From NCBI GenBank assembly GCA_008690995.1, contig VRMN01000018.1, positions 124,001 to 188,000 on the forward strand: a stretch of DNA of 64,000 nucleotides, in the 5' to 3' direction. The first letter of the stretch is position 1. Every line of letters begins with the position of its first letter. The translations under genes were made by a program, and so were the position numbers. The notes below the pieces were generated by a model. That model saw only the letters and a list, made by a program, of their open reading frames with translations. It made no database searches and was not told the origin of the DNA. This document shows positions 39,765-49,912 of this stretch, piece after piece. This stretch comes from Porphyridium purpureum (lineage: Eukaryota).

Positions 39765-40207
39765 TCCTCCTTTGCTTCCACGTCGCGTTCTCCCGCTGCG
39801 CTTACGCGCTCACGCCACGTGTGGTCGCTCGATCCTCGCGCCAGCGCATCCAATTCAGCATTGCAATGTCATTCAGCATTACCAGTCCATAAAAATCCGC
39901 TGAAAAGGCCGTTTGCTGCGCGGCACTGCGCTGCGCAGCGTGCGGCCAATCCGATGGCGTGTTCATAGCAAAACGCGGTCATTTTATTGCATTTAAGCGC
40001 ACCAAAGTCGGTGGCGGTGGCGGGTGTGTCGCAAGCAGACGCAACAGCTCGGCTGCAGCTGCAAGAGGCAGAGAGTGTGTGTGAGAGGGAGAGAGAGAAA
40101 GTGTGTGTGTGTGTGCTTCCGTGGCCTCGTTGTATTCCCGCGGGTCGTCGCACTCCGTCTGTGGTGGTGTGGAATAACGGAACTGGATCCGAGGCCTCCG
40201 CCGGACA

Positions 40208-42574
40208 ATGGTGTGCTTTGTCGGCGGCCATGCCTCGGCGCATGGCGACGCGGCTGTGGCGCGGCGGATCACACCTGCTGGACCGAGTGCCGTGTGCGTG
40301 CGCGGCCGGGCGGTGCGGCGAGCGAATGCGCGCTGGTATGCCGTGGCGTTTTGGAAGCAGCCGGCGTTCAGACCGGGCTCAGATGACGGCGAGCAGAGCA
40401 GCGCGCTGGCGGCTCAGGCCGCGTCTGCCGCTGAGCAGCAGGCGCGCGACGACCGCGTGGGACCTCGCCGCGCGCGCCCGAGCGACCCACGCTGGTGGCA
40501 AGAAGTATTCCAGAATGCGTTTGCAAACGCCAGTGCGCAAACGTTCTCAAGGTCGACCTCGGCGAACGCACAGGCCTCCATGCCCTTTTACTTCACGCCG
40601 TGGCGCATTGACGACGGCTCCAGCGTGCAGTGCAACACGCTGAACGACTATTGCGTGCTGGACGCGACTGACACGCAGTCCCTGGCGGAAACGAGCACGC
40701 GCGTGCGCGTGCTGCGCGTCACGCCACGCTCCGCAGACGGCAGCGCCGTGGAAATCGCACTGGCACTAGATGGGCAACTCGAAGATACCAAAGACGCTCG
40801 GGTCAGTCGAAACAGCAACTTGTCGGAGCCCGAACTGGCCAGGCTGAGAGCCCTCTTTGATATGCACACGACTCCCGGGCAGGTTGTGGTGGTTAGCCCG
40901 CTTTGCTTGCAGAGACAAGCAACGGTCGGCGCGCATCGCGGCGGAAATGCGAGCTACAATTCACCGGTGGTACTGACGCTCGCATCGCCACCGGGAAACA
41001 GCGCCAAGGAGTTTCGCGTCATCTTTAACAGTAGGAGTGCCGGGAACAGCCTGGGTTTCCTGAAACGATGCCGCGCAGGTGACGAGCTGCTTGTGTCGCC
41101 GGTGATGGGCGTCGGCCTTGATGTCGCGTGGCTAACGCAAAAGGCCAACGCGCTGCTGCTTGCAGACAATTTGCAGGGCATGGCTGCCATCACGTCACTT
41201 TTGCAGTGGAACACCTTCCGCGCGGCTGCTGGACAGGGAGTCATCCGTAGTACGTCTGTGCGTGTGTTATATGAAGCAGACTCGCTCATGGCGGTTCCAT
41301 ATGCGGGCCTGTTTCGAGAACTAATGATATATGGCGTGCGCTTTGACGCTCTCGTACGGCCTCGCCATCGTGGCGGTGAGCAGCTACATCCACATCAGCC
41401 GGGAAGTTCCGCCATGTCTCGGTTTCTGCGAAATGCAGACAGTTCCAAGCGCTCGGCAGCGGAGCTAGCGCAGCAGTTAATTGGCCAGCAGGGCATTGAA
41501 GCGCTTGCAAACGCGACGCGCGCGGTTTCGTTTGCTGTACGCGACGCTGTCGCCCGTGAGTGGCACGAGGCGCTCATGATGCTTGCACTGTCAGGCAGCG
41601 AAAGCCGCACGGTCTCGCAGGAGCGTGTCGCGGCCGATTGCAGCGACGAATTGTTCGAACTGTCTGACATGTGGGACAACGCAAGCGGCACTGTGGGTGC
41701 AACGTCAGGGCCGGAGGATGACTTTGTGTTTGAGCGGCGTGTGTGGCAGGCGTGGTGTGACATACGCGAAGAAATGCGAGTCGAATTCGAGAAGAAATGG
41801 GCCGCGGGCGCGCGCAAGGACTGGCGCACGTCGTACAGCGAGCACATGAAGAACCAGGCATGGGCGAGTTGGTTTGCGTCCAACTCGGACCGGTGGACTG
41901 ATTTCCGCTGGGACGATTCGGCTTGGAAGACCTACTGGTCCGCATGGTCCAGCGAGTCGCGGCGCGAGTCCTCGAATCCGGGCGGTCGCCATGCTTATGC
42001 AAGCCAAGACTCGGCGTATGGTGCGCGCGAATGGTGGCGCTCGAACACGTGGGGCCAGAATCCAAATAGCGATTGGTCCAACCACACGCATACCAACTCG
42101 GGCCGCTCGTCATACCATGATACGTACAGCAGCGGCGGCGGGAGCTGGGGCGCTGGCTCGGCGAGCGATTATCAGGCCGGCGGGTATCGATATGATTGGG
42201 ACCCGTACGCGAGCCGCGCATATGAAGGCCGCGCAGGGTACGGGCAGAAAGGCGGTAGTAGCGCCGGTGGCGGTGGCAGTCGACAGTCTCAGAGCAACAA
42301 CTACAACAGACAGTCGTACGCAGGGCGCGGCAGCAGCGCCAGTGGTGCAGGCGGCTCGTTTGACTTTTATGGCGTCTTGGGGCTGCAAAACGGCGCTAGT
42401 GCAAAGGAAATCAAGTCGGCGTACCGCCAGATGGCAATGAAGTACCACCCGGACCGAAATATGGGCAACAAGGCAGCGGAGGAAACGATGAAGAAGATCA
42501 CGCTTGCCTACACGGTCCTGAAGAAGTCGTCGACCCGAAGCCGCTACGACTCGTACGGAGCAGCTGGCATTTAA
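40208..42574 (+). CDS. Plastid-type protein: degenerate FNR-like domain + Trp-rich region + C-terminal J domain
   Basis: MVCFVGG leader; HTTPGQ...LASPP...GDELLVSPVMG; C-terminal DFYGVLGL...IKSAYRQMAMKYHPDRN...RSRYD with HPD intact. Confidence 0.82.
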   Translation: MVCFVGGHASAHGDAAVARRITPAGPSAVCVRGRAVRRANARWYAVAFWKQPAFRPGSDDGEQSSALAAQAASAAEQQARDDRVGPRRARPSDPRWWQEVFQNAFANASAQTFSRSTSANAQASMPFYFTPWRIDDGSSVQCNTLNDYCVLDATDTQSLAETSTRVRVLRVTPRSADGSAVEIALALDGQLEDTKDARVSRNSNLSEPELARLRALFDMHTTPGQVVVVSPLCLQRQATVGAHRGGNASYNSPVVLTLASPPGNSAKEFRVIFNSRSAGNSLGFLKRCRAGDELLVSPVMGVGLDVAWLTQKANALLLADNLQGMAAITSLLQWNTFRAAAGQGVIRSTSVRVLYEADSLMAVPYAGLFRELMIYGVRFDALVRPRHRGGEQLHPHQPGSSAMSRFLRNADSSKRSAAELAQQLIGQQGIEALANATRAVSFAVRDAVAREWHEALMMLALSGSESRTVSQERVAADCSDELFELSDMWDNASGTVGATSGPEDDFVFERRVWQAWCDIREEMRVEFEKKWAAGARKDWRTSYSEHMKNQAWASWFASNSDRWTDFRWDDSAWKTYWSAWSSESRRESSNPGGRHAYASQDSAYGAREWWRSNTWGQNPNSDWSNHTHTNSGRSSYHDTYSSGGGSWGAGSASDYQAGGYRYDWDPYASRAYEGRAGYGQKGGSSAGGGGSRQSQSNNYNRQSYAGRGSSASGAGGSFDFYGVLGLQNGASAKEIKSAYRQMAMKYHPDRNMGNKAAEETMKKITLAYTVLKKSSTRSRYDSYGAAGI

Positions 42575-42642
42575 AGCCAAAGAAGTTTAATATTTTAAAG
42601 AGTCGAGACTTTATCACTCCACGAGCAGACGAGCACCGCAGA

Positions 42643-43305
42643 TTAGATGGAAGTTTGCAAGAGTGCACAGAGCCGCTGAATTTCGCGCTTCACTGACATG
42701 TCCATCATCTGGTCGCCAATCTGAAGTGTCATTCCACCCAGGAGGCTAGGATCGATCACGGATTTGATCGAGCACGGCGCTTGAAGCTGCGACTGCAGCT
42801 TGTTCTGCAGCATGACTCGCTGATGCGGCGTGAGGACAATCGCAGTGGTGACAATGGCTTCGATGCCTTCAGCGCCCGTACCGGACAGAAGCGACACCGA
42901 CTTGCGCACAATCGGAGCCATCGACGCGCCGCGGCCGTTCTCAGCCACCAGCATCATCAGATTAGTCAATGATTTTGACAAGTTTGCCTTTTTCGCGATC
43001 GCCTTGCACACGTCCACCTTGATTTCCCTGGCGAGCGTCGGGTTCGCGAGCGCGGACGCCAGCTTCGCGTCGTCCAGAATCTCTGCCACGACCTTTAGCT
43101 CGCTGATCACCGCGTCCAGCTGCTTCTCCGGCACGCTCTTCTTCACCACGCTCGTGAACGAGTTGGCGTACCTCTCCACCACGGCCGCGTCGCTCGAATG
43201 CGACGCCATCGCGCGCGACGGCACGCGCGCACCGCACCCCCCGCGCGTCACCGCGCGCCACACCCGCACCGCCCGCATGCCCAGCGCCATTCCCTCTCCA
43301 CCCAT
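42643..43305 (-). CDS. ATP5: Mitochondrial ATP synthase OSCP (delta/subunit O)
   Basis: Arg-rich presequence; RYANS, NLMMLVAENGR, IDPSLLGGMTLQIGDQMMDMSV; start 43305 or 43290. Confidence 0.9.
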   Translation of the reverse strand: MGGEGMALGMRAVRVWRAVTRGGCGARVPSRAMASHSSDAAVVERYANSFTSVVKKSVPEKQLDAVISELKVVAEILDDAKLASALANPTLAREIKVDVCKAIAKKANLSKSLTNLMMLVAENGRGASMAPIVRKSVSLLSGTGAEGIEAIVTTAIVLTPHQRVMLQNKLQSQLQAPCSIKSVIDPSLLGGMTLQIGDQMMDMSVKREIQRLCALLQTSI

Positions 43306-43704
43306 CTCCTCCTCCGCCTCCTTCCCCTTCTCCCCAACACACACGTCCGCCCCACCTCCCTCTTCACACCTCTTCTTCCCCTCCCTTCTCACCCACTTGC
43401 GCGTTTTCTTCTATTTTTTATTATTTTTTTCCCTTTTGCATCTAAAACAAGCTTGGCTCATAATACCGGCACGCGTTTCATACTGAAACAGCCACGTTTT
43501 AGTGGACGTTCTCACGGCTCCGTTGTTCTATTTGGTGTGTTTGCGCGCTTTCATGGTTTTTTAATAGTAAAGTAAGTTGATTTAATAGGCTCAAGCGCGT
43601 CTGTGTACAGTTGTGCGGTACACGGATCCAATTGTGTGTGGGAAGGAGTGAGAGAGAGTTATGGGGCGTGTGAAAAGGGAGAGGCGGGGGCGGCGATCGT
43701 GGCC

Positions 43705-45081
43705 ATGCAGCCGATGGCTGAGACGGTACGAAGTGCCGCGACAGTGGCGCCGGCCTCGGCGTCGTCCGCGGGACTCATGTTCCGCGTGTTGCGGCTCGCC
43801 ATGCCAGTACCGTCGCGACGGCCGAACTTTATTCCGCTCATGGAAGCGTGCTTCGACGAAAAGCACAGCCCCGGCACGCCAGACGATGTGCTGCTGAGCG
43901 CGCCGCTTTGGGAGGGCGAGGGCGTCGCAGGCGGTGTTGGCTGCTCCATCGTGTTCCCGTCCGCGTTTGGAAACATCTTTCTGGGCGAGCCGTTCAAGGC
44001 ATACGTGACGGCAGTCAACGGCTCGGGCCAGAACCTTCTGCTCAACGCGCTGCGCATCGAAATCACCACACCCTCATCGCGGTCGTACTTAATGGTGGAT
44101 CAAAAAAATCAGCAGCAAGAGCAGGATCAAGCCTTTCGTCTTGAAGCCCACTCCGGGATGGCAAATCACCAGATCGAGTTTCCGCTCACAGAGGTCGGCC
44201 TGCATACGCTGACCTGCTCAGCTACGACGACGGTCGAGGCGGCTCCGTTGGAAACCCGCACGCATCGCAAGAATTTCCGCTTTTCTGTACAGGTGCCACT
44301 CAAACTGTCAATTCTGGTCGAGCGGCTACTTTTTGCACCAGCGCCAGATAAGGCCATGCCGCTTGATGATGGAGCGCCGATGTTTCTAGTGCGTGTTTTG
44401 GTGACAAATGCGATGAATTCTTTACTGAGCGGGCTGCACGTGCAGCTCAAGCCAGAGACATCCGGATGGTTCCAAGTAGTGCCGCTTGCGCCTCCCGATG
44501 CTCCTTCACAGGCAGACGAAGCGACGAACGAGTTTGCTGACTGTGAAATGCATGATGTGCTACGCGACACGTCCGTTGGATTGAGTGCGGATGACACCTA
44601 CGCATTCACTTTCGTCGCTCAGCAAATGGTGGAAAGGCTGCCTTCAAACCATCCGACCGTGCTTATTGGCAAGTTGGACCTGTCGTGGCGCGGTACACAT
44701 GGTGAACAAGCGTTCTTATGTGATGCCGGGATGGTGTACACGCCGCTTGGCGCGGGAACAGACATCGAAGTGACTGTCGAAGAGGTGCCACCCAACCTAC
44801 GCGTGTACGAGCCTTTTGAGCTACGGTGCCGCGTGGTGAACCATACTAACAAGAGCCATCGACTGTATTTGCAGGTGCGCAGAGACTTGGTGGGAGACAT
44901 CGTGCCGGTGGGCGTATCCGGAGTGGCAATCGGAGACTTGGCGGCTCGGTCGTTTCTCGAGACGACCCTGACGTTTGTTGCGCTTGCCAGCGGTTCGCTC
45001 AACTTGTACGGCATCCGCGTGGTAGACGTGGACACACGCGTCTCGTACAATGCAGAAGCGCCTCAAATCGAAATCGCGTAA
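43705..45081 (+). CDS. TRAPPC13: Trafficking protein particle complex subunit 13 (TRAPPC13/DUF974)
   Basis: FRVLRLAMP, FPSAFGNIFLGEPFKAYV, GLHTLTCS, RKNFRFSV, GKLDLSWRGTHGE. Confidence 0.85.
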   Translation: MQPMAETVRSAATVAPASASSAGLMFRVLRLAMPVPSRRPNFIPLMEACFDEKHSPGTPDDVLLSAPLWEGEGVAGGVGCSIVFPSAFGNIFLGEPFKAYVTAVNGSGQNLLLNALRIEITTPSSRSYLMVDQKNQQQEQDQAFRLEAHSGMANHQIEFPLTEVGLHTLTCSATTTVEAAPLETRTHRKNFRFSVQVPLKLSILVERLLFAPAPDKAMPLDDGAPMFLVRVLVTNAMNSLLSGLHVQLKPETSGWFQVVPLAPPDAPSQADEATNEFADCEMHDVLRDTSVGLSADDTYAFTFVAQQMVERLPSNHPTVLIGKLDLSWRGTHGEQAFLCDAGMVYTPLGAGTDIEVTVEEVPPNLRVYEPFELRCRVVNHTNKSHRLYLQVRRDLVGDIVPVGVSGVAIGDLAARSFLETTLTFVALASGSLNLYGIRVVDVDTRVSYNAEAPQIEIA

Positions 45082-45217
45082 CTGATGACTTGTATTTATT
45101 TTTGTACTCTACGGATCTAAACACCTTGCAATAACCGAAACAAGCCTCTACTTCGTACGCCAGCCCTGACGCCGCCGCCCATCTTGTCAAGGAGACGATG
45201 CCGTCTGGCACTCGTTC

Positions 45218-45814
45218 TCACCTTGCTTTCCGAGCCATGGAAAGCGAAGCACCCGTGTGATAGTCAAGGGTAAGAATGACTGCGTACGCAATGGCGTACA
45301 AAGTCACCAGCAAGTACAAGGCGTGCTTTGCCAACGCCTTGATGTTAAAGTCGTGGACCTTGAAAAAGATGAGTTTGGACACATCGCCCAGCAGCATGAG
45401 CCACAGGAAAGCGCGATAATGGCGGGTGGACAGGAGTTCCGGGCCATGGAGCATGGTGTAAAGCACCGACCAGTGCGCCAGATTGTTCGGAAACACAAAG
45501 GCCATCGAAATGACCTCCCGGTACAGCAGCAGTCGGTCCAGAATAGCAAGCAGCAGAAAGAAGCACGCAACAAACATGACAGCGACTTCAGCTTTATACG
45601 CAGGCCCCGCCTGCATCCACGTCAATACAGACGTGTGCGACGCCTTTACGCCTGGCGAGCGGATACGCAGCACAAACAGCCACGCGGCCACCTTCGTAAA
45701 TGTCTCCACCCATCCCCAGAACGGCCACGGGTTCATCCACCATCCGCGCGAGTCGAGTATTCCGTAGTTCCGCGCGTCGCGCCACTCCGCGATGAAGTGG
45801 TCGGGGATATACAT
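45218..45814 (-). CDS. Hypothetical multi-pass membrane protein (about 5 TM; an upstream in-frame ATG at 46078 is possible)
   Basis: Several hydrophobic ~20-aa segments after MYIPDHF; Trp-rich N-terminus. Confidence 0.7.
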   Translation of the reverse strand: MYIPDHFIAEWRDARNYGILDSRGWWMNPWPFWGWVETFTKVAAWLFVLRIRSPGVKASHTSVLTWMQAGPAYKAEVAVMFVACFFLLLAILDRLLLYREVISMAFVFPNNLAHWSVLYTMLHGPELLSTRHYRAFLWLMLLGDVSKLIFFKVHDFNIKALAKHALYLLVTLYAIAYAVILTLDYHTGASLSMARKAR

Positions 45815-46947
45815 CGTGCTGGTCCCGTCACATCCAGCGCTTCGTTTCTCTCTCGCGCTGCGCGTCGCACCTGCAAGCCGCAACGACCAAACCCGACTTG
45901 CAATTTGTGAGCTGTAATTTTGCCAATTTGCTCCCAAATTTCTGAACCCAGGTCGGCTGCGCATTTGCGTCCAGGTGTTGGACGCAGCAGGCCCAGTCTG
46001 TCGACATCCGCGAGACGGCACTCGCGCATAAGCGCGCGCTCGTCGTTTTGAAAGAGCGCTGTAGCTGGCAGGGTCCATCGACGCGATGTTTTGTTTGCGT
46101 GCCTCACGGAACACGCAAGAGTCAAGGACCGTTTGCGGAGAGGTAGGCTCGGGGGGTGTACGTGGATCTGGCGGCTTCGTCGTGCGATATTCGGTGAAGT
46201 ACGCTCCACGCAATAATCGTTTTGGTGACCCGCAGCTGCGACAGCAAGCAGCAGACCGTCCGTCCGACTGGACGACGCAGCCGTTTCCATGCTCGCCGAG
46301 ACATTTTGTCGGGCGTCAAGCAGCCCCGGCTCGCGATTCTTGTTTCACTGTGCAGCATGCACTTGAGCTTTTTGTACACTAGTGTAGCCCCTTCATTTCA
46401 TGATTTGGCAGATTCACTCACTAGCATCACTGGTCTTCATCAAAAACAGAGACCTGCCTTTGAAGACGGTGCTGCTCCTTCCTTTCGCCAGCTGGCACGC
46501 ATGACGGCTGTCATATGCGCCAGCTCTAAACACCAGTGAGGGTGCATTCATTCAGCCACGCCATCTGAAACCCTTAGTCGTCATGTAACTTTGATGGACA
46601 CGAGACAGCCGCGTGTCCACGGTGAAGCTCGCCACCTTCCCATCCAATCTGGCCAAGCGTGGCGCACGCTGCGCCTTGTACATGGACATGCAATATACAT
46701 GGCTCGGTCGTGCACTGGTTTCCTTGATCAACGGGCACCAGCGCGACCGAAACCTGCGCATGGCACTTTACGCGCAAACTCGCATTTCAGTTTGTTTCCT
46801 GAATGGGATTCGGGCATCGGTGTGCAGCTGCGTTTTTCACAGTGAAATGCTCTTCTGCTGTAGACTGTGAAAGGGTGAAGAGATACGGCGCTTGAGAGGA
46901 ATGGAAAGGAACGGGGGAGACGGTTGTTGGTCGGCATTGTATGAAAC

Positions 46948-48483
46948 ATGAAGAGCGTGATGGTTGTGGTGTTGGTCAGTGCGCTGCTGGTTCTACTTGC
47001 TAGTGCGGAGCCTGCGCTCCGAGCACCGGAAAATCATCTGGCCAATCGGTCGCCAGCATCCATGGCAGACTGGTTGCGCCAGAGATTGAAGCAACGTGTC
47101 GGTGGCGGCGCTCAATTCCAGGGCCGCCGTACACACGCACAAAGTAGGATGGTGGTGTCCTCGGTGGAGCGCGGCGATGCGGTTTCTAAACTTGGCGCCA
47201 TTCTGCCCCGGCTCTTTTCGTCACTCTCATCGTGGGCCAGGACGTCGCACCCAGCACACGAGGCCCTTGTGTCGATGAAGTGGATGGAACAGGACACAGA
47301 GATGAGAGCAGACGTCAGTTTCCGGCAGCAGTACGAGCCAAATGATCCTGTTGTGGATATCTGTATCTCGCAAGACATGACTTGCGGAGACCCGGCCTGT
47401 CAGCGGCTTCCGGGCAATGTTTGCATTGAAATTAATGACCCGGACTTTGAGTTCAAGTCAACAGCAGTGCTCACGGACTGCAGCATCAACGGCGCGGGAT
47501 TTCAGTATCTTTTGTTCAAGGATACGAATTGCGAGATGCAGCCGGAGGGTTTTGAGTTCTTTCAGCTCAGTCCTTCGGGCACAACCGGCTGCGTTGACTT
47601 TAGTAACGATGAAGGGATGCTTTCGATAGAAGTCAAATATACGGGAATTTGTCCGCCTGGTGTGGACGTGTGCGAATCCGAGACTAGCACCTGCCAAGAT
47701 CCGGTCTGCGCCTTTTTCGCCACGGACGTTTGCCTTGGTAATAATCAGACGGCTTACGCCTTGGAATGCAAAGACGGCGACCTTCTTGATTTGGGCTTTT
47801 TGGTTTGGCCGGAGCCAAATGGGTGCGATGGTGCACCAGAAGACGGTGTTCTATTCGAAGATCTCGGGGTGAATTCGTCTGAGTGCTTGGTCTTGAATGA
47901 CAACTCATCGCTGATCTTTGTGTTCAACGATCAGTGTACGCAGCTTGAATCCACTACGCCGACAGCAATGCCTACGCCGACGTCCACGTCGACGCCAACG
48001 CCACAAATAACAATGTCCATGGGCCCATCGAATTTGCCGGAACCCTCGCCGTCGCCCACACCTGTCTGTATTGACGCCGAGTGGATGGAGACGCGTGGGC
48101 TTGAAAAGCTTCATGCAAGTGATGGTGTAGGGCTGCTGCTATGCCTTAGTGGCATGGACGAGCTGCCGTGCGGCACCGCGGACCACGTGCTCGAGGTTGA
48201 CTTGCCCGGTGGTACCAGTTCGGCGCTGCGAACATACGCTGAGGTCTGCGCCGAACGTGAATGCACAACAAAGCTGGGGCGCTACAATGGCGTGCTCCAT
48301 TTGGATGCGCACAAGTTGCCGTCACAGCACGGCCTCCGACTCACCACGGTGTCGCACCGCCGTACGCGGTGGAGCGCAATCGAAAATCGTATTGTGGTCA
48401 CTGCGCAGAGGCTGCAGTCGTTGCGGATCAACCACGCGCTGACGTACTTGCAGCGCAGGAACAGTGCGGAACGTCTCGAGTAG
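46948..48483 (+). CDS. Secreted Cys-rich protein with two internal repeats, PT-rich linker and Cys-containing C-terminal domain
   Basis: Signal peptide MKSVMVVVLVSALLVLLASA; VDICISQDMTCGDPAC vs VDVCESETSTCQDPVC; TPTAMPTPTSTSTPTP. Confidence 0.8.
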   Translation: MKSVMVVVLVSALLVLLASAEPALRAPENHLANRSPASMADWLRQRLKQRVGGGAQFQGRRTHAQSRMVVSSVERGDAVSKLGAILPRLFSSLSSWARTSHPAHEALVSMKWMEQDTEMRADVSFRQQYEPNDPVVDICISQDMTCGDPACQRLPGNVCIEINDPDFEFKSTAVLTDCSINGAGFQYLLFKDTNCEMQPEGFEFFQLSPSGTTGCVDFSNDEGMLSIEVKYTGICPPGVDVCESETSTCQDPVCAFFATDVCLGNNQTAYALECKDGDLLDLGFLVWPEPNGCDGAPEDGVLFEDLGVNSSECLVLNDNSSLIFVFNDQCTQLESTTPTAMPTPTSTSTPTPQITMSMGPSNLPEPSPSPTPVCIDAEWMETRGLEKLHASDGVGLLLCLSGMDELPCGTADHVLEVDLPGGTSSALRTYAEVCAERECTTKLGRYNGVLHLDAHKLPSQHGLRLTTVSHRRTRWSAIENRIVVTAQRLQSLRINHALTYLQRRNSAERLE

Positions 48484-49912
48484 AATGATTGCTGGCCCTG
48501 ATCTGAAAGAACCGCCCACGGGCAAATTCCGTGAAGTACCGTTTCGCAACTTGGCGGTAATGCCTTACGATGAAACCCGTGCTCAATCTAGCGTGTTGTA
48601 CAATTTGCCAGTCTGTAAAGCGCAGTCAATCTGGGTGAGTCCAGTCGGATCGTCCAGTACCACGGTCCACAGTTTGCAGCTCTGTATGCTGCTCGCCGAA
48701 AAGGAGTCATGTTTCGAGACCACGATGTAAACGAAGACTACGTCGTACTTCAGCAACACGTTTCAAGATTGTGCCTAGCATGCCTGGACCCCACGCTCGA
48801 AGAAGGCAGTTGCCACTGAGCGCGACGTCACCCACGGTGAGGCGAAGCGACAAAGGTGCGCGTTGCGGTAATCAGCCTGTGATTTCCTGCGACTAGATGC
48901 ATGTCGCTTCACCGGGTTCACTTTCAGTCCGTACATCACAGGTCCTCGTCCAGCTCTAGATGATGAACGCACGATCGTAACAAGACTATGGCAGAGGACT
49001 AAGATCTACTCTGCCTGTTGATGCGGCGGCCATTCTAAGCTGCGCGTCTTTTTGTGGACAGCCCAGTGCTTCCGCAACGCTGCCAGCAACGCGCGCAATG
49101 CATCAGGCACAGTTGCACCCATTCGATACGAGTCTAGCCGCACAGGTCCCTGGATCTCTTTGACGACGCTCAGCAGTGACAATGTCGCCAAAAACATAAC
49201 TGTCGCAGACCTTTCGAATCACCACTACCTCGTCACCCACCATCGTCACCCCAAATCTGCATCCTCGGGCTGCTCATTCGCGAGTGCTGCGTGTCGCTGA
49301 CGACCTGCATTAGTGAGCAGTTCTGTCGCGGCGTGTCCATTAGTCCCCGGAAAGATAACGTCGCGGTTGAATTTCGGCGCATTCTGAGCAAGCCTTGGAC
49401 ATACGCATCGCAAAGTCAAGCGTTGCTCAAGTGGCTATGATGCCCCTGTCCGCACAGGAAAGCGCCCGCCCCGTGCTGCTGGATGCGTGCGCAGAGCCAG
49501 ACGCTTCCGCCGTGCGTGGCGGCACACCACACGCCGCCACCTTTGGCCGAACTTCTTCATAAACGGTTCACAAAACGGTTTAACGGCTTACCGGCGCACT
49601 CAAAGCGGTTACGGACTACGCTTGGTTACTAGGGGAAAATCGTGATGAACCGTTTTGCGCGTGAGCCGAAAAACCGGTCGCTGTCTGCTTCGAGTCGAAA
49701 CGTTTTCCATTTGGGGGCATGTTGCCAGAGAGGAGGATGCGACGCGGGTGATTTGGATGTGATGTGAGGTGAGTGTTTGCAGTCGTGGAAGCGTGGGCAC
49801 ATGTGCATTGAGACGGCGCGGCGGTTAGCTGCACAGGCACATACGAGGACGTGAGGAGGAAAACAGAAAAGGAAATAAAAGGCAAGTGCGGATAGAACAG
49901 GAGCGACCCAGC

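Noticed and set aside
48484..49560. Transposon or gene remnant in the long spacer
   Set aside because: Only short ORFs with no recognisable motifs, terminal repeats or target-site duplications
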